Assembly (NCBI GenBank): GCA_963788655.1
Contig: CAWBHS010000088.1
Location: forward strand, 32,001 to 96,000
Direction of reading: 5' to 3'
Source of the DNA: an uncultured Verrucomicrobiae bacterium
GTDB lineage: Bacteria > Verrucomicrobiota > Verrucomicrobiia > Limisphaerales > JAFGQR01
DNA: 64,000 nt
The position numbers and the translations under genes are program-made. A model generated the notes under the pieces. It was given only the letters and a program-made list of their open reading frames with translations. It searched no databases and was not told where the DNA came from. Positions 61,701-64,000 of the stretch are shown in pieces (the first letter of the stretch is position 1; each line of letters starts with the position of its first letter).

Positions 61701-63398
61701 CAGGCCATTGCCGGGTCCATTGTAGCGGTTGGTCCACAGCGGCAGACCGGTAGCCGTGTATTTGATCGTGAGATAATCCGCGGCCGAATTTGTGGTTTCG
61801 GAGAGCCCGGTGACAAACACATTGCCGGCCGGATCCACGGCCAGATCGTTGAGTTCATCGTTGCCGTTCGCGGGACCGTTATAGGAGGCAATCCACTTGA
61901 AACTGGCCAGCAACGTCAGGCTGACCGCATCGCTGGTAACGGTACCGGCGGCGTTGCCCACCCTCACCCAATACCCTCCGGCGTCCATCGGTTGGACATT
62001 GGGAACCTGAAGACTGTGGTTGGTGCCATCCGCCAGCGGTGCGCCATTGAAAAACCACTGGTAAGCCAGCGACCCCTCGCCAATGGCGGTCACGTCAAAG
62101 ATGGCGGTGGCCCCCACCGGGAGAACTTGCGGTTGAGGTTGCGCGATAATGGAAGGTGGTTCGAGGGGAGAAACCGGTTGCGCATTGGAGAACTCCGACG
62201 TATTTCCGCCGGCATCCGTGGCGGTCGCCGTAATGACTTGGCCAACGGTATCCCCGCCGTCGAACGTCACCTGGAAGCTGGCATTGCCACTGGCATCGGT
62301 CGTCAAGTTGGTGGTTCCCAGGAAGACCTTGCCTTCTCCAAAACCGGAACCATCCGCGCTCGGACTGACAAAGAACTCCAGCCGATAGTTCTCATTGCCA
62401 TGGCTGTTGAAGGTTCCCGCAATCGCCGTTTGCAGACTCACCTGGACGGCGGAAGTGAGCACAGGAAAATTTTGGAGATTGTTCACGCTGATGTCGGTAT
62501 CATTCAGATCATTCGGCGTTACTCCAGCCCCGCCCAGATCGATGCCCAATCCGGAATTCTCAAAGATCGAGTTGCCAGCAATCCAGATGCCCGAGCCGAA
62601 CGCCACCTGGACGCCGGGGCCGCCATTAAAGGCAACGACATTGGCGGCGTCAGGAGTTTCCCCCCCAATCTGACAATTCAAGGCCCCCACAAAAATACCG
62701 CTTTGCTGATTGGGCAGGCTATTGGTCCCCGTCCAATCCACCCCAATGAAGTTGCCTTGGATCAGGTGACCGAATTGGCCGTTCAACTGAATACCATTCT
62801 TGGTATTCCCGGAAATCAGGTTGCCATCGAGGGGACTGGTGCCGCCAATCACGAGGTTGGAACACGTCGAGGTGTTCACGATTCCATACCCGTTCGGCAG
62901 CGCCAATTTCCCGGCGAAATCCATGCCCAGGTAATTTCCCCGGATGGTGTTGCTGCCGCCCGCGGTGATAAATATCCCCGCCAACTGACAATTGACGATG
63001 TTCAATCCTTGAATCTTACACCCGCTGCCGCTGACGTACAATCCGATGCCATTGGTGCCCAGTTTGGTGCCATCGATTTGGACGATGGGAGCGTTGGTAA
63101 AGCCCAACTGCCGTCGTCCATCGATGAACACCGGCTTATAAATGACGGGCAGGCTCGTCAGCGGCGTGATGGTGTACGTTGCGGCTCCGGGGATATTAAA
63201 GGCGATGGTGTCCAGATTCGCGTTGGTGTTCGCGTCCAGGATCGCCTGACGGAGACTGCCCAGCCCCGAGTCGTTGATGTTGGTGACGGTGAGAACGGCG
63301 GCTTGGATTGCGCCCGGCAGCATGGCAAGCACCACGACTATCCAAGCCGAATCCTTCAATTTGCATCTCGGTGTTATCCGGCAAATATGTTCCTTCAT
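58766..63398 (-). CDS. Large secreted protein (~1540 aa): beta-helix, Ig, SBBP beta-propeller, Ig/PPC-like modules; one frameshift near 60793
   Basis: Signal peptide; VTNINDSGLGSLRQAI, GN.IG/GN.ISGN repeats and AVD..GNVYVTG repeats. After the shift the frame continues GPNVGTAIRVDAQGRITVGG into ORF 58766-60694. Confidence 0.82.
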
Positions 63399-64000
63399 AC
63401 ATTGTCAGATGGCGGTCAGGTGGCATGTCGTCAAACTCCGCGTGGGCGGTTTCAAGGCCCATCAACCTGGTTTGAGTTCCAATTGGAACCACCTGTAAGC
63501 GTGCGGTTTATCAATCAATTCGACAGGCGGTGAGATAACTTCGAAACATGAACAAGCATGAACACCGATCCAACGGACAGGTCCGAGTCAGCGGTGCTAT
63601 TCAATCCCTACGCACCCAGTTGACTGATGCAAGCACACCCCAAGCCATGGATAGGTGTTCGTTCTGCGAGGATCCGCGGGACACAGGGGAACGCGTCCCG
63701 ATCTGAGGTTGGTAACGATGGATTCCCGCTTGTCGCGAACCACCAAGAACGTTCAACTTCACTGGGAGGGTCCAACAACCAAGGAACGGTCATTGGACGT
63801 TCGGGACCACCGAGACGGCCGTCCTACTTTAGCGTAACGCCTGCGACACCGGTCAGGCAGGTCTCCCCTCCGTCCCGAATGATCCAAAGACACCCACTAG
63901 CTCAAAAAACGTCCGCTGTCCAGCGAACGGTTCGCGCCATTTGGAACCACCGAGATGCTCGGATGCTGTTGGCGCAAATTGCGAACGGTTTGCTGAATGG

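Noticed and set aside
63549..63565. ATGAACA direct repeat upstream of the second giant gene
   Set aside because: Only two short copies and no counterpart elsewhere in the window.

Overview
GC-rich bacterial chromosome segment, probably Verrucomicrobiota (Pedosphaera/Limisphaera-like). This is inferred from the dcw gene order with a LysM gene, the dense GTAG/GGAG-type REP families and the Ig-rich giant proteins. Contents: (1) 1-16.4 kb, dcw cluster ftsI-murE-murF-mraY-lysM-ftsW-murG-murB-ddl-ftsQ-ftsA-ftsZ, lacking murD and murC. (2) A ~570-nt ORF-poor region after ftsZ with nested and long-range helices, a candidate large ncRNA. (3) Three tandem CNNM/CorB genes, mdh, and a solitary flagellin with a sigma28-type promoter. 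(4) A pseudogene scar beside tRNA-Pro(GGG). (5) A REC-PAS-PP2C phosphatase, recA and an Mla/MCE transporter. (6) A minus-strand operon of a winged-HTH regulator, ispH, membrane proteins and a linalool-dehydratase-like enzyme, with two ACTTTG-N5-CAAAG operators. (7) 41.7-63.4 kb: FecR-TPR-beta-barrel receptor, CHASE2 adenylate cyclase, stand-alone cNMP-binding protein and two convergent giant secreted proteins. The two giant proteins share C-terminal modules; a shared upstream motif links both of them to the receptor gene. Several frameshifts (recA, the giant genes, flagellin) and a purine-only insert look like sequencing or assembly errors. All calls come from motif recognition by eye; no searches were run.
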